Shown here piece after piece: positions 28,882 to 39,105 of a DNA stretch of 64,000 nucleotides; the first letter of the stretch is position 1; every line of letters starts with the position of its first letter. The notes below the pieces were generated by a model, which had not been told where the DNA came from, ran no database searches, and saw only the letters and a list, made by a program, of their open reading frames with translations. Both the position numbers and the translations under genes were made by a program. The DNA lies in assembly GCA_044225365.1 (NCBI GenBank), contig JBGAIQ010000004.1:1-64000 (forward strand), written 5' to 3'. The DNA comes from Planctomycetota bacterium. Lineage in GTDB: Bacteria; Planctomycetota; B15-G4; JADJEK01.

Positions 28882-29622
28882 ATGAGCACGATCCACGTCC
28901 GGATGATCGACCTGCAGCGCAATATCGGAGAACTCGTCGCCGAGCAACCGGAGGCGGCGCGCGTGTTCGAGAAGTATGGGATCGACTACTGCTGCGGTGG
29001 AAGGACGGACCTCGCCGCGGCCTGCCAGCAGGCCCGAGTCGACCCGCTCCGAGTGATCGACGATCTCGAGGCGTGTACCGGATCGCTCTCTACGATGGCG
29101 CGCCTCGAACCGATCGGCTCCGCGAACTCCGTGAGCGAGTTGATCTCCCACATCGTGGACGTTCATCACGTCTTCCTCCGCTCCGAGTTGCCGCGCATCA
29201 ACGCCCTCGCAATGCGATGTAGCAGGGCGCACGGTGCGCGGCACCCCGAACTGCGCTGCCTCGTCGAGGAGTTTCGTACGTTCGCGGACGACCTCGAGAT
29301 CCACATGATGAAGGAGGAGCGCGTGCTGTTCCCGCTCGCGATCGCACTCGAGAACGGCGATTCCGCGGGCACGGCGCACTGCGGCGGCGTCGAGTTCCCG
29401 ATCGCCGTGATGGAAGCCGAACATCAGGACGCAGGCGCCGCACTGCAGCGCTTCTCCGATCTCACCTCCCACTACTCGGTCCCGCAGGATGGTTGCGGCA
29501 CGTGGATCGAACTGTGCAAGGCGCTTGCGGCGCTCGACCTCGACCTGCGGCATCACATCCACGAGGAGAACAATCTCCTCCATCCGCGACTCCTCTCCGC
29601 GGAAAAGTCGCGGAGCCGTTGA
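28882..29622 (+). CDS. ric: Iron-sulfur cluster repair di-iron protein (Ric/YtfE/ScdA)
   Basis: GIDYCCGG, HH..LR.ELP, HMMKEE..LFP, PI.VMEAEH, HIHEENNLL. Confidence 0.93.
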   Translation: MSTIHVRMIDLQRNIGELVAEQPEAARVFEKYGIDYCCGGRTDLAAACQQARVDPLRVIDDLEACTGSLSTMARLEPIGSANSVSELISHIVDVHHVFLRSELPRINALAMRCSRAHGARHPELRCLVEEFRTFADDLEIHMMKEERVLFPLAIALENGDSAGTAHCGGVEFPIAVMEAEHQDAGAALQRFSDLTSHYSVPQDGCGTWIELCKALAALDLDLRHHIHEENNLLHPRLLSAEKSRSR

Positions 29623-29646
29623 CAGAACTCCGACTCGCATTATCTT
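29619..29646 (+). promoter_or_regulatory. Promoter for the met leader
   Basis: TTGACA 29619-24 (overlapping the ric stop) and TATCTT 29641-46, ending just before the riboswitch. Confidence 0.6.
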
Positions 29647-29648
29647 TG

Positions 29649-29779
29649 GCTCCGGCATCAAGAGACCCGGAACATCGACTTCGAGCGATCGAATCGATGC
29701 CACCCCGGGCGGCAACCGAGCCAGCGAGAGCTGGTCGCGGTGCCGAAGGCCAGTCCGCTGGGCCCGATGTGACCGGAGC
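29649..29779 (+). ncRNA. SAM riboswitch, SAM-I superfamily (SAM-I/IV-like)
   Basis: CATCAAGAG (29656-64), CGGCAACC (29710-17) pairing with GGTGCC (29739-44), closing GATG (29766-69); directly upstream of methionine biosynthesis genes. Confidence 0.8.
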
Positions 29780-29886
29780 GAGTCCGCTCGAATCCGGTAA
29801 ACAACGACCGATACGTCGACGTTCGACGTACACCCCTCGCGATTGCGTTTCGCCTGATCTTCGATGCCGTGTGGAGCCACACGGCA

Positions 29887-31110
29887 ATGTCGAATTCCAA
29901 CTACTCCGACCTCTTCACGCGCGCCGTTCACGCCGACCTCGCGGGCACCGACGCCACCGCCTACCGCGCGCTCTGCGTGCCCATCGCGCAGACCGTAACC
30001 TTCGCGCGATCCGCGATCGGCGAGCAGGGAGGATTCGCCTACTCCCGCGTCTCGAACCCCACCGTCGACGCGCTCGAACGCGCGCTCGGTAGCCTCGAAG
30101 AAGCACCGCCCGCGGTCTGCTTCGACTCCGGCCTCGCGAGCGAGATCACCCTCTTCCTCACACTTCTCTCTGCGGGGGACCACGTCGTCGTCTCCGACGT
30201 GGTCTACGGCGGGACGACTCGCCTCTTGGAACAGGTTCTCTCGCGGTTTCAGGTGAAGACGACCTTCGTCGACTGCACCGACCCCGATGCACTCGATGCC
30301 GCGATCACCGATCGCACGAAGTTCGTCTTCGTCGAGACGCCCGCGAATCCGACGCTGAAGCTGCTCGATGTCGCGAGAGTCGCGCGGGTGACGAAAGCGC
30401 GTGGCGTCCTCCTCTGCGTCGACAACACGTTCCTCACCGCGGCGATCCTCCGGCCGCTCGATCTCGGCGCTGACTTGTCGCTGTACTCCACGACCAAGTA
30501 CATCGAGGGTCACAACGGCGCGCTCGGCGGCGCCATCGTGTCGAGGAACACGGCACTCCTCGAGAGGATCCGGTTCCTACGCAAGTGTCTCGGCACCATC
30601 CAATCGCCGCTCTCCGCCTATCTCACATTGCGGGGCATCAAGACGCTTCCGCTTCGCCTGCAGCGCGCCTGCGCGAGCGCGCTCGTGGTCGCGCGAGGAC
30701 TCGAGGGTCGCCCCGGGATCTCGAAGGTGCACTATCCGGGCCTCGAGTCGTTCCCGCAGTACGAACTCGCACGGGCGCAACATGGAACGCAGCACGGCGG
30801 CATCCTCGCGTTCGAGGTCCGCGGCGGTCTCGAGGTCGCGCGGGAAGTGGTATCGCGCCTGAAGCTCTGCACCCTCGCCGAGAATCTCGGAGCGACGGAG
30901 ACGCTCGTCACCCACAGTGCGTCGATGACGCACGCCGACGTCCCGAAGGCCGATCGCGAACGCGCCGGAATCCGCGATGGCCTGATTCGCGTCTCACTCG
31001 GTCTCGAGGATCCGAACGACGTACTCGCCGACCTCACGAATGCGATCGACGCCGCGCTCCAACTGCGTCGCGTGCCGGAATCGACCGCGCGGGAGGTGGC
31101 CGGTGTCTGA
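29887..31110 (+). CDS. metB: Cystathionine gamma-synthase / trans-sulfuration PLP enzyme
   Basis: YSRVSNPT, YGGT, ETPANP, VDNTF, STTKYIEGH (PLP Lys), ENLG, SMTH, IRVSLGLE. Confidence 0.85.
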   Translation: MSNSNYSDLFTRAVHADLAGTDATAYRALCVPIAQTVTFARSAIGEQGGFAYSRVSNPTVDALERALGSLEEAPPAVCFDSGLASEITLFLTLLSAGDHVVVSDVVYGGTTRLLEQVLSRFQVKTTFVDCTDPDALDAAITDRTKFVFVETPANPTLKLLDVARVARVTKARGVLLCVDNTFLTAAILRPLDLGADLSLYSTTKYIEGHNGALGGAIVSRNTALLERIRFLRKCLGTIQSPLSAYLTLRGIKTLPLRLQRACASALVVARGLEGRPGISKVHYPGLESFPQYELARAQHGTQHGGILAFEVRGGLEVAREVVSRLKLCTLAENLGATETLVTHSASMTHADVPKADRERAGIRDGLIRVSLGLEDPNDVLADLTNAIDAALQLRRVPESTAREVAGV

Positions 31111-32995
31111 GAAACTCACCGTACTCAAGATCGGCGGTTCGGTCCTGGTCGACGAAGCCGACGTGCGCCGCGCCGTCCACGAGATCTACCGCTTCCACCG
31201 CGAGGGCGACCGCGTGGTCGCCGTCATCTCGGCCTTCCACGGCGCGACCGATCGCCTGCTGAAGCTGGGCTCCACGCAGGGTAAGTCGGAACCCGAACTC
31301 GCCACGCTCCTCGCGTCGGGCGAACGCAGCGCGGCCAAAGCGCTCGCCGATGCGCTCGTGGCTTCCGGCGTGCCGGTCGCGTTGCTCGATCCCGAGGCGA
31401 TCGAACTCGAAACTCGTGGACCGCGCTTCGACGCCGACCCGATCGCGGTCGCGCGCGCCCCGTTCCTGCGAGCGTTCGAGGACGGTTGCGTCGTCGTGGT
31501 GCCCGGCTTCTTCGGCCGGTCCGAGGAAGGCGGAATCGCGCTGCTCGGACGCGGCGGCTCGGATCTGACCGCGCTCTTCCTGGCGAGCGAACTCGGCGCG
31601 TCGCGCTGCCGTTTGATCAAGGACGTCCCCGCGCTCTTCGAGTGGGATCCGGCGCTCGCGGGGCAAAGACCTCGTGCGTTCGCGCGAGCGACGTTTGCCA
31701 CCGCCGAACTCATCGGTGGACGCGTGCTCCAGAAGAAGGCCGTCGCTTTCGCACGCGGACGGGAGCAAACGTTCGAGCTCGGTGACTGGAACTGCGTGTC
31801 GCCGACGATCCTCGGAGGTTCGCACGATCGTTTCCGCGCGGAGTCGCCTCGGCCTCCGATCGGGGTCGCTCTCCTCGGATGCGGCGTCGTGAACTCCGCG
31901 GTGCGGCGCGAACTCGATGCGCTCTCCGATCGGCTCGCATTGCGTCGCGTACTCGTTCGCGATCTTCGCGGACGCGGCCCCGACACCCTGCTGACCGCGG
32001 AGCCGAGCGCAGTGCTCGAGTCGTGTACCGGCGACGGGCAGAAGATCGACGTCTGCGTCGAGGCGATCGGCGGTGAGCATCCAGCTCTCGATCTCGCGTT
32101 GGAAGCGATCGACCGCGGTGTCGCGTTCGTCTCGGCGAACAAGTCGCTTCACGCCCGCCATGGCGAACGGCTCGCAGCGGCCGCCGCCGGATCTGCTGTG
32201 AGCCTGTTCCATTCGGCCTGCGTCGGAGGATCGGTTCCGATCCTCGAGACGGCGTTGCGATTGCGCGGAACCGTGCGCCGCTTCGTCGGGGTGCTGAACG
32301 GGACGAGCGCGTTCGTCGCGCACGAACTCGCGCACGGTCGCCCCCTCCTGGCGGCGCTCGAGCGCGCGCGACGAGAAGGCCTCGCTGAACTCGACGCCAC
32401 GCGCGATCTCGACGGCACGGACAGCGCCGAGAAACTCGTACTGATCGCCCGGGCGCTGGGACACGATCGCATCACGTTCGATTCGATTCACCGCGACTGC
32501 GAGAACTTCGACGAGCGCGCGGCGGCGGCGCGGCGCAGCGGACGACGCCTCGTTCAGCTCGCGACGCTGGATCTATCGACCGACGACACGACGCACCCGG
32601 GCAGCAGGTCAAGACGCGTAGGAACGGTGGAATGGCGTGCCGTCGATCCGAGTTCCGCGTTCCTCCTCGATCCATCTTCCGGGATCTCGCTCGAAGCGGA
32701 GCTGCGTCCGAAACCGATCGTCACCGCGAGGTTCGTATTGCGCGACGGTCCACCCGTGACGGTTCGCGGCCTCGGTGCGGGAGGCCGACCCACGGCGCTC
32801 TCGGTCGTCGCCGATCTACTCGAATTCGCCCGCGCCGTGGAATCCGGCGCTCCGTCCCGCGTTCGTGTCGACGACCCACGTGTCACGGACTCGTCGAGGA
32901 TGGGCGTTCACGTATCCGCCGCAGGCGAACTTGGAGATCGAGAGGTCGGTCGATCCCGTCCTGAAGCAGATCTCGATGCGGCCGTTCGTCGATGA
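31103..32995 (+). CDS. Compact bifunctional aspartate kinase / homoserine dehydrogenase
   Basis: AK: KIGGS, VISA, GE, LGRGGSDLTA, KDV. HSDH: GCGVV, EAIGG, SANK, VGGSVPI, GVLNGT, DLDGTDSAEK, GAGG.PTA. GTG start overlaps the end of metB. Confidence 0.85.
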   Translation: MSEKLTVLKIGGSVLVDEADVRRAVHEIYRFHREGDRVVAVISAFHGATDRLLKLGSTQGKSEPELATLLASGERSAAKALADALVASGVPVALLDPEAIELETRGPRFDADPIAVARAPFLRAFEDGCVVVVPGFFGRSEEGGIALLGRGGSDLTALFLASELGASRCRLIKDVPALFEWDPALAGQRPRAFARATFATAELIGGRVLQKKAVAFARGREQTFELGDWNCVSPTILGGSHDRFRAESPRPPIGVALLGCGVVNSAVRRELDALSDRLALRRVLVRDLRGRGPDTLLTAEPSAVLESCTGDGQKIDVCVEAIGGEHPALDLALEAIDRGVAFVSANKSLHARHGERLAAAAAGSAVSLFHSACVGGSVPILETALRLRGTVRRFVGVLNGTSAFVAHELAHGRPLLAALERARREGLAELDATRDLDGTDSAEKLVLIARALGHDRITFDSIHRDCENFDERAAAARRSGRRLVQLATLDLSTDDTTHPGSRSRRVGTVEWRAVDPSSAFLLDPSSGISLEAELRPKPIVTARFVLRDGPPVTVRGLGAGGRPTALSVVADLLEFARAVESGAPSRVRVDDPRVTDSSRMGVHVSAAGELGDREVGRSRPEADLDAAVRR

Positions 32996-33032
32996 CCTGG
33001 CAGCGCTCGCCACGAAGGCACCGCCTCGCTCG

Positions 33033-33773
33033 TCACGGAGCGCGCAGTGCTTTCCACGCCGCGAGCGCCCGCCCGTAGCGACGATCCACTTCCTGCCAGT
33101 TCACGTTGGCCATGAACGCGTCGATGTACTTCGCCGCGGCGGCGCCGTAATCGATCGCATAGGCATGCTCGTACATGTCGAGGACGAGCAGCGGCTGCCC
33201 GAATGCGACCGCCTGCGTGTGGTTGGAGGACCAGTACGTCTTCAGCTCGCCGCTGTGCAGATTGAAGGCGAGCACCGTCCACCCACTGCCGCCCGCGAGG
33301 CTCATGCCCGTCGCGCGGAATAGCTCCTCGAAGCGGGCTGCCCCGCCGAAAGCCTCCGCGATCGCCGTGGCGACCGCGCCGCCGGGCTTGCCGTCGCCGC
33401 CGAGGTTGCCGAAGTAGTGCTCGTGCAGCACGATCGAGTTCGTGAAGCCGAGCTCGCGGTCTTTCAGGCCACTGACGACGAAACCCGGAGTGTCCTTGGT
33501 GATCGACGCGAGCTGCTCCTCGACCTTGTTCAGGTTCTTCACCGCGCCGCCGTAGTTGTTCTGCCAGTGCGAGGTGATCAGCTTCTCGGAGATGCCGGGG
33601 AGCTTCGCCGCATCGAATTTCAAGGGAACCATCTCGTGCTTGCCGATCGGAGCGGCGTTCCCCGATCCTGGCTTCGGGTCGTCGGCGGCGCTCGCGATGC
33701 CGGCCACGGTGAGAGCCGCGGCGGTCGCACCGAGAGTGAGAATCGCATCGCGACGGGTCTGTTTGCTGCTCAT
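33033..33773 (-). CDS. Fe/Mn superoxide dismutase family (ChrC-like), Tat signal
   Basis: TRRDAIL signal; SHWQNNY, LHEHYFGNL, GSGW, LDMYEHAY. Confidence 0.88.
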   Translation of the reverse strand: MSSKQTRRDAILTLGATAAALTVAGIASAADDPKPGSGNAAPIGKHEMVPLKFDAAKLPGISEKLITSHWQNNYGGAVKNLNKVEEQLASITKDTPGFVVSGLKDRELGFTNSIVLHEHYFGNLGGDGKPGGAVATAIAEAFGGAARFEELFRATGMSLAGGSGWTVLAFNLHSGELKTYWSSNHTQAVAFGQPLLVLDMYEHAYAIDYGAAAAKYIDAFMANVNWQEVDRRYGRALAAWKALRAP

Positions 33774-33995
33774 ACGACTTTCTCCGTTCGAATCACGTAG
33801 CGCGCTGTTGCCCGTCACGATCATAGGGCCAACCCGCCGCCAACGAGCGCAGCTCCGCCGGTGGATGTCTTCTCCGCGCTTCTCGACCGATCTCTGGGTT
33901 GTTACGCGACTGCCTTTGCGCAGCACTGGCCTCACGACCGAATCCGGCGTATATTCGGAGTTATCGATCGTCTTTTCGTTCACGGAGTCGAGTCG

Positions 33996-35534
33996 ATGCG
34001 AATCGCATTCCTCCAGAAGCAATTGCCCCAGGAGATGCTGGGCCTCGGATTCGTCGCGGCGGCGTTGAAGCGCGCGGGGCACGAGCCCCACGTGATCCTG
34101 CTGCCCGATGTCGATTGGGAATCCAAGCTGAAGCGGCTCGATCCCGGACTGATCGGCGTCTCGACCACGACGGGAGACCACGTCTTCTACTCCGAGCTCG
34201 CACGCCGGGCGAAGGAGCTCACGAAGGCCAAGGTCATCTTCGGTGGGCCGCATCCGACGTTCGTGCCGTCGATCGTCGAGACGCCCGGCATCGATTTCGT
34301 CTGTCGCGGCGAGGGCGAGGAGTCGATGGCCGAGCTCGCGACCGCGCTCGAGCGGGGCGACGATCCGAGTGGGATCAGGAACCTCAGTTTCGTCGAGGGC
34401 AGCGAGCGAATCGACAATCCCGTGCGACCTCTCGCCCACGATCTCGACTCCCTGGGATTCCCCGATCGCGCGCCGTTGTACGAAGCGGGCGCGTGTTATC
34501 GGGACAGCGACCGCAAGATCTTCCTGACGCAGAGGGGCTGCCTCTACTCCTGCTCGTTCTGCTTCCACCACGCGTGGCGCGACAAGGTCTACAAGACGAA
34601 GGGCCGCGAATACCTCCGCAAACGTTCGGTCGAACACGTGCTCGCCGAGATCGAGGACGTGCGCTCGCGATGGCCGCTGCGATTCATTCACTTCCTCGAC
34701 GACATCTTCAACGTCGACGACGAATGGCTCGAGAAATTCTGCTCACTCTATCCAAAGACCGTCGGCTTGCCGTTCGACGTCATCCTCCGCACGAATCTGA
34801 CCACGGAGGCGCACGCCAAGATGCTGCGCGCCGCCGGTTGCGTCTCGGCGCGCCTCGCGTTCGAATCCGCGTCCGACCACATCCGCAATCGGATCTACAG
34901 GAAGGGCACGACGCAGGCGGATCTGCGCAACTCGTCGCGTTACCTCAAGGCTCAAGGCATTCGTCTCACCACGCTCAACCTGCTCGGCTCCCCGGGCGCC
35001 TCCCTCGACGACGAACTCGCGACGCTCGATCTCAACGTCGAGTGCAAGGTCGACCATCCGTTGTGTTCGCTGCTCCAACCCTATCCCGAGACCGACATCA
35101 ACGAGATGACCGCTCAGATGGGTTATGCGGTCGACTCGTTCGACGCTTTCCCCGAGAAGTTCAATCGAACGACGTCGATCCGATTCGATCATCGCGAACA
35201 GATCGAGAACCTTCACAAGCTGTTCCCGATCATCGTGCGGTTTCCGTGGCTGCGGCCGTCCGTCCGCGCCGCGATCCGGTCGCGCACCCTGTCGCGCTTC
35301 TACCTCGCGGCCTACCTCCTATGGACCGAGTATCTGGTCTGCGAGCAGAACTCGACCGTCGCGAAAGCGATCGGAAACGCGACTTGGCGCGACATCCCCG
35401 CCGTCGACTTCGTCCGCAGGGTCTCGCAGAAGACAGGCATCAAGATCCGCGAGGGCTTGTTCGGCCGCAGGCTCGAGTCCCAGCGCATGCGGCTCGAGAT
35501 GGAGACCGACACCATCGCGCACGCCGGAGGTTGA
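33996..35534 (+). CDS. Cobalamin-dependent radical SAM protein
   Basis: N-terminal B12-binding domain (GGPHPT, RGEGE), RGCLYSCSFC, FLDDIF, FES. Confidence 0.9.
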   Translation: MRIAFLQKQLPQEMLGLGFVAAALKRAGHEPHVILLPDVDWESKLKRLDPGLIGVSTTTGDHVFYSELARRAKELTKAKVIFGGPHPTFVPSIVETPGIDFVCRGEGEESMAELATALERGDDPSGIRNLSFVEGSERIDNPVRPLAHDLDSLGFPDRAPLYEAGACYRDSDRKIFLTQRGCLYSCSFCFHHAWRDKVYKTKGREYLRKRSVEHVLAEIEDVRSRWPLRFIHFLDDIFNVDDEWLEKFCSLYPKTVGLPFDVILRTNLTTEAHAKMLRAAGCVSARLAFESASDHIRNRIYRKGTTQADLRNSSRYLKAQGIRLTTLNLLGSPGASLDDELATLDLNVECKVDHPLCSLLQPYPETDINEMTAQMGYAVDSFDAFPEKFNRTTSIRFDHREQIENLHKLFPIIVRFPWLRPSVRAAIRSRTLSRFYLAAYLLWTEYLVCEQNSTVAKAIGNATWRDIPAVDFVRRVSQKTGIKIREGLFGRRLESQRMRLEMETDTIAHAGG

Positions 35535-35650
35535 GCCCCGATCCGAGCCCTTCGACTCGCGATGCGACGTTTCGTCAGAGGATATACGGATCTCCTTGTC
35601 GTCTTTCATCGGGTAGAATCGAACGTCCGTGAGCCTCGGAGCACCTTGAT

Positions 35651-36943
35651 ATGAGCATCGACCTCGATCCCGCGCGCAATCCCGGCTTCCTCAAACTCGA
35701 TCTCTACTGCAGGGGAATCCGGGTCTCGGACTCCTGCTACATCGCCGAGGACGGCGGTCGGCCGCTCGTGCGCACCCGTGCGGGACTCGGCTCCGGGCTC
35801 GAACTCGTCCTTCCGGGCAATCTGTGGACGAACGTCCCGGTCGTCGAGGACTTCGCGAAGGATTCGCCCTACGTCATCGAGAAGAAGGCCGGGCGATACG
35901 AGATCCTGCGCGACGGGAAGTTCGTGACGCACGTCGAGCTCGCTCCCCAACCGACGTGGTACGAGAAGCGCACTTCGACGGGCCGCGTGATGCGCTCGGT
36001 CGGGACGCTGCAGGGCACGTATCTCGGCGTCTACCCGGCGAAGGTCTGCGAGTACTGGGTAACTGGCAAGGAGCGGAAGGAGCGAACGAATTGCCGCTTC
36101 TGTTCGGTGGGCCTCAATCTCGGAGTCGATGACGCCGACGGCAAGTCGGTGCAGGAAGTCGTCGAAGTCGTCCGCGCCGCGTGGCTCGAGTCGAACATCA
36201 CGTACGTCGACTTCAACACCGGTCATTACACCGGACACACGTTCCTCGACATCCTCGAGCCCTACATCCAAGCGGTGAAAGCGGAGTTCGATCTCCTGAT
36301 CGGAGTCCAGACTCCGCCCCACCCCGACCTCTCGCGCTACGACCGCCTGCGAGCGATGGGAGTGAATCGCGTCTCGTTCTGCTTCGAGATCTTCGATCCG
36401 GATCGATTCATCGAAGTCTGCCCGGGCAAGCACGACGCGTACGGACTCGAGACGTATCTGAACGCCGTCGAATACTGCGCGAAGCTGGGCGCGAAGCATC
36501 GATCCACGTCGCCGTGGGTCACGAACGGTGAGTTGATCGCGGGACTCGAACCGCCCGACTCGACGATGAAGGCGATCGATTGGCTCACCGAGCGTGGAGC
36601 GATCCCGACGATCTGCGTGTTCCGCCCGCTGCGCGGCACCGACTACGAAGGCCTCGCACCGCCGCGCACCGAAGACCTCGTTCCGGTGTTCGGGCACCTC
36701 TACGACAAGTGCATGGAGCATGGACTGCCGATCGGCATCGCCCCGAACGTGCACGTGAGCCTGGTGATGCTGCCCGAGGAAGGCCGATATCTCAGCGAGA
36801 ATCCAGGTCAGTGGCGCCTGCAGGAATTGAAACTCTCGATGCAGAGGGCGGCCTATCGAACGGCCTTCAACTGGAACCAGAAGCGAAGGAAGAGCGCGGC
36901 GCGACGCTCGCTCACCACGGTCGGCGTTCCCGTCAGGGATTGA
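35651..36943 (+). CDS. Radical SAM protein with non-canonical CX14CX2C motif (resembles MSMEG_0568/biotin synthase-related group)
   Basis: RTRAGLGSG N-terminus, CEYWVTGKERKERTNCRFC, FCFEIFD..CPGK, LIAGLE, FRPLRGT. Confidence 0.8.
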   Translation: MSIDLDPARNPGFLKLDLYCRGIRVSDSCYIAEDGGRPLVRTRAGLGSGLELVLPGNLWTNVPVVEDFAKDSPYVIEKKAGRYEILRDGKFVTHVELAPQPTWYEKRTSTGRVMRSVGTLQGTYLGVYPAKVCEYWVTGKERKERTNCRFCSVGLNLGVDDADGKSVQEVVEVVRAAWLESNITYVDFNTGHYTGHTFLDILEPYIQAVKAEFDLLIGVQTPPHPDLSRYDRLRAMGVNRVSFCFEIFDPDRFIEVCPGKHDAYGLETYLNAVEYCAKLGAKHRSTSPWVTNGELIAGLEPPDSTMKAIDWLTERGAIPTICVFRPLRGTDYEGLAPPRTEDLVPVFGHLYDKCMEHGLPIGIAPNVHVSLVMLPEEGRYLSENPGQWRLQELKLSMQRAAYRTAFNWNQKRRKSAARRSLTTVGVPVRD

Positions 36944-37583
36944 AGAGCCAGAAGTCCGGGAAGCCCACGATCGGGCGACGATCGTTTCGGTTGCTGCCGA
37001 CGAAGCACTTTGGGTTCGCGACGGTCTTCTTGAATTCGGTCTTGTCGACGTATTCCGGACCCTTCACCACCGTGAGCTCCGCCTTCAATTCGAAGACGAT
37101 GTTGTACATGTAGCGGATGGCCACGGGCAGCGGGATGCCGTTCAGCCACTTCTCGACGTCGCGCGACAATACGAAGTGAAAGGCATCGAGGCGCAGGAGG
37201 CCCGGGAGCTTTCCGAAGTGGATGTCGGGATGCCGCAGACAGATGTGGTCCCACGTGAGTTCGGAGAAGTACGCCACGTGCCCGCCGAGATGCGCCGAGC
37301 AGTGGCGAACGAACGGCGTGAAGATGTTCACCTTGGCGCCCGGCTTGCAGACGCGCACGATCTCGTGGAGCACCTTGTTCGGCTTCGCGACGTGCTCGAG
37401 GAAGTGGCTCGAGAAGACCTCGTCGACGCTGTCGTCGCCGAAAGGAAGCTGCTCGTCCATGAGGTCGACGACGTGATCGACACCGGGATAGGGCTTGAGA
37501 TCGACTCCGACGAAGCCCTCGCGTTTCTTGCCACCGCAACCGATATCGATCCGCAGCGCCGTTTCGACTTCCATCGCCTGCAT
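36933..37583 (-). CDS. Class I SAM-dependent methyltransferase
   Basis: IDIGCG..GFVGVD..DL..LPFGDDSVDEVFSSHFLEH..EIVRVCKPG; ggag before ATG 37583. Confidence 0.85.
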   Translation of the reverse strand: MQAMEVETALRIDIGCGGKKREGFVGVDLKPYPGVDHVVDLMDEQLPFGDDSVDEVFSSHFLEHVAKPNKVLHEIVRVCKPGAKVNIFTPFVRHCSAHLGGHVAYFSELTWDHICLRHPDIHFGKLPGLLRLDAFHFVLSRDVEKWLNGIPLPVAIRYMYNIVFELKAELTVVKGPEYVDKTEFKKTVANPKCFVGSNRNDRRPIVGFPDFWLFNP

Positions 37584-37673
37584 CGCTCGCTCCAATCGTT
37601 CGAATCGTGTCACTCCGATCGAACGAATCCGGGTGCGAACTTGAGCGAGATCGCTCGAAATCCCCGAGCCGCC

Positions 37674-38801
37674 TCAGCGGGCGGTCTGCTCGCTCTGGAG
37701 GAGCGCCGCGACAGGATCGACGAGCCAACCGCCGACGAGTTGATTCCCCTGCACGTTGAAGTGCCAGTCGCCGGCCGAGATGAGGATGTCGGAGAGTTTC
37801 ATCTGACGGCGTCGCAGCGAGCCGACGACCGTGCTCAAGGTATCGACGAATCCGAAACCGTTCAGTTTCGCCAAGTCCCGAATCTTGGGGTCTCCCACGC
37901 GATCCGCGGGGAACTCCTGATCGCTCTCGACCATGCGCTGCGTGGGTTGCGCGATCGCCACGACGAGCACGGGAATGTGGTGAGCTGCCGCGACGGTGCG
38001 GATGCGCCCGAAGGCTCGCGCGACCCCCTCGTAACCGACCATGAACGCGTATTTCGGTGGCACCCGACTCTCATCCGCTTTCCAGTCCGCCACGACCGAC
38101 TCGCCTTCCCCGCCTTCGCCCTCGGGCATCGAGAGCGCCGCCGCGACATGCTCGTGCGTCACGAATCGCGACCGCAGGATCTCGCCGATGCAGAAGGCCG
38201 GCGGCTCCTTCTTCTCGAGCAAGAAGATCGGGAGGAAACGATCGTTGTAGTAGTACTGCAGCACGATCGCGTCGGGCTTCAATTCGATCGCCTTGTGCTC
38301 GAGACACGCCGCTTCCTGAGCGGAGTTGTACCCCGGCACACCGAAGTTCATCACCTCGATCGATCGCCCTGGGAACCGGGCCGCGAGCCCGCGCTCCACC
38401 ACTTCCGCGAACGATTCATCGGCGCGGACGCCCCATCCGAAGGCGAACGAATCGCCAAGGAGTGCGATCCGCAACTCGCCGGGCTTCTTCTCGTCGTCGA
38501 TCTCGTGATCACGCATGCCGCGAGAATTCGCTTTGTACGCCTGGCCGTGGAAGACGCCGTGGATCGAGGGTCGCAGGTCGTAGACGGCGTCGTCGAACGC
38601 GCTCGGCTCGATGAGATCGCCGAGTTTGAGGTCGGCCGTGTTGGCGGGCGCCCTGTCCGCGAGATCGCCAAACGTGGCGTTGTTCTTCGCGAACTGCGCG
38701 CGCGCCCAGAGCTCGAACGGCAGGATCGAGACCACGGTCGCCGCGAGGGCGATTCCGATTCTCGGAACATAATGCCGAAGAGGATTACGATGATCCGCCA
38801 T
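37674..38801 (-). CDS. Membrane-anchored SGNH/GDSL hydrolase family protein
   Basis: N-terminal TM helix, NSRGMRD, LGDSFAFG, NFGVPGYN, YYND, DWHFN. Confidence 0.88.
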   Translation of the reverse strand: MADHRNPLRHYVPRIGIALAATVVSILPFELWARAQFAKNNATFGDLADRAPANTADLKLGDLIEPSAFDDAVYDLRPSIHGVFHGQAYKANSRGMRDHEIDDEKKPGELRIALLGDSFAFGWGVRADESFAEVVERGLAARFPGRSIEVMNFGVPGYNSAQEAACLEHKAIELKPDAIVLQYYYNDRFLPIFLLEKKEPPAFCIGEILRSRFVTHEHVAAALSMPEGEGGEGESVVADWKADESRVPPKYAFMVGYEGVARAFGRIRTVAAAHHIPVLVVAIAQPTQRMVESDQEFPADRVGDPKIRDLAKLNGFGFVDTLSTVVGSLRRRQMKLSDILISAGDWHFNVQGNQLVGGWLVDPVAALLQSEQTAR

Positions 38802-39105
38802 GGTCCAATCGATTCACATTGGGACGGCTTCGACGCGCTCGGATCGAGGGATCCGTACCGGGGCAGCCGAAGCCTCGGGACGCGGGCCCGCACTCGGACA
38901 ATCTACTCCGCATTCGCGAGTCGGGCCAGAAAGTTGGAGGTCCCGGTGTACCCTCGAAGACCCGATCCGCGAAACTTGACGGAGCCCGGATCGTGGCGTA
39001 CATCGATCCCATCCCGTGGCTGCGAGAGATCGGATCGTCGGAGCGGGCGCTGCCGAAGCGACGCGTGTTCCAACGGCAAGGACTCATGATGAAGGGCGAG
39101 CGCCG

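Noticed and set aside
33774-34691. Long N-terminal extension of the SOD ORF
   Set aside because: It is antisense to the B12-radical SAM gene; the Tat signal and RBS define the start at 33773.
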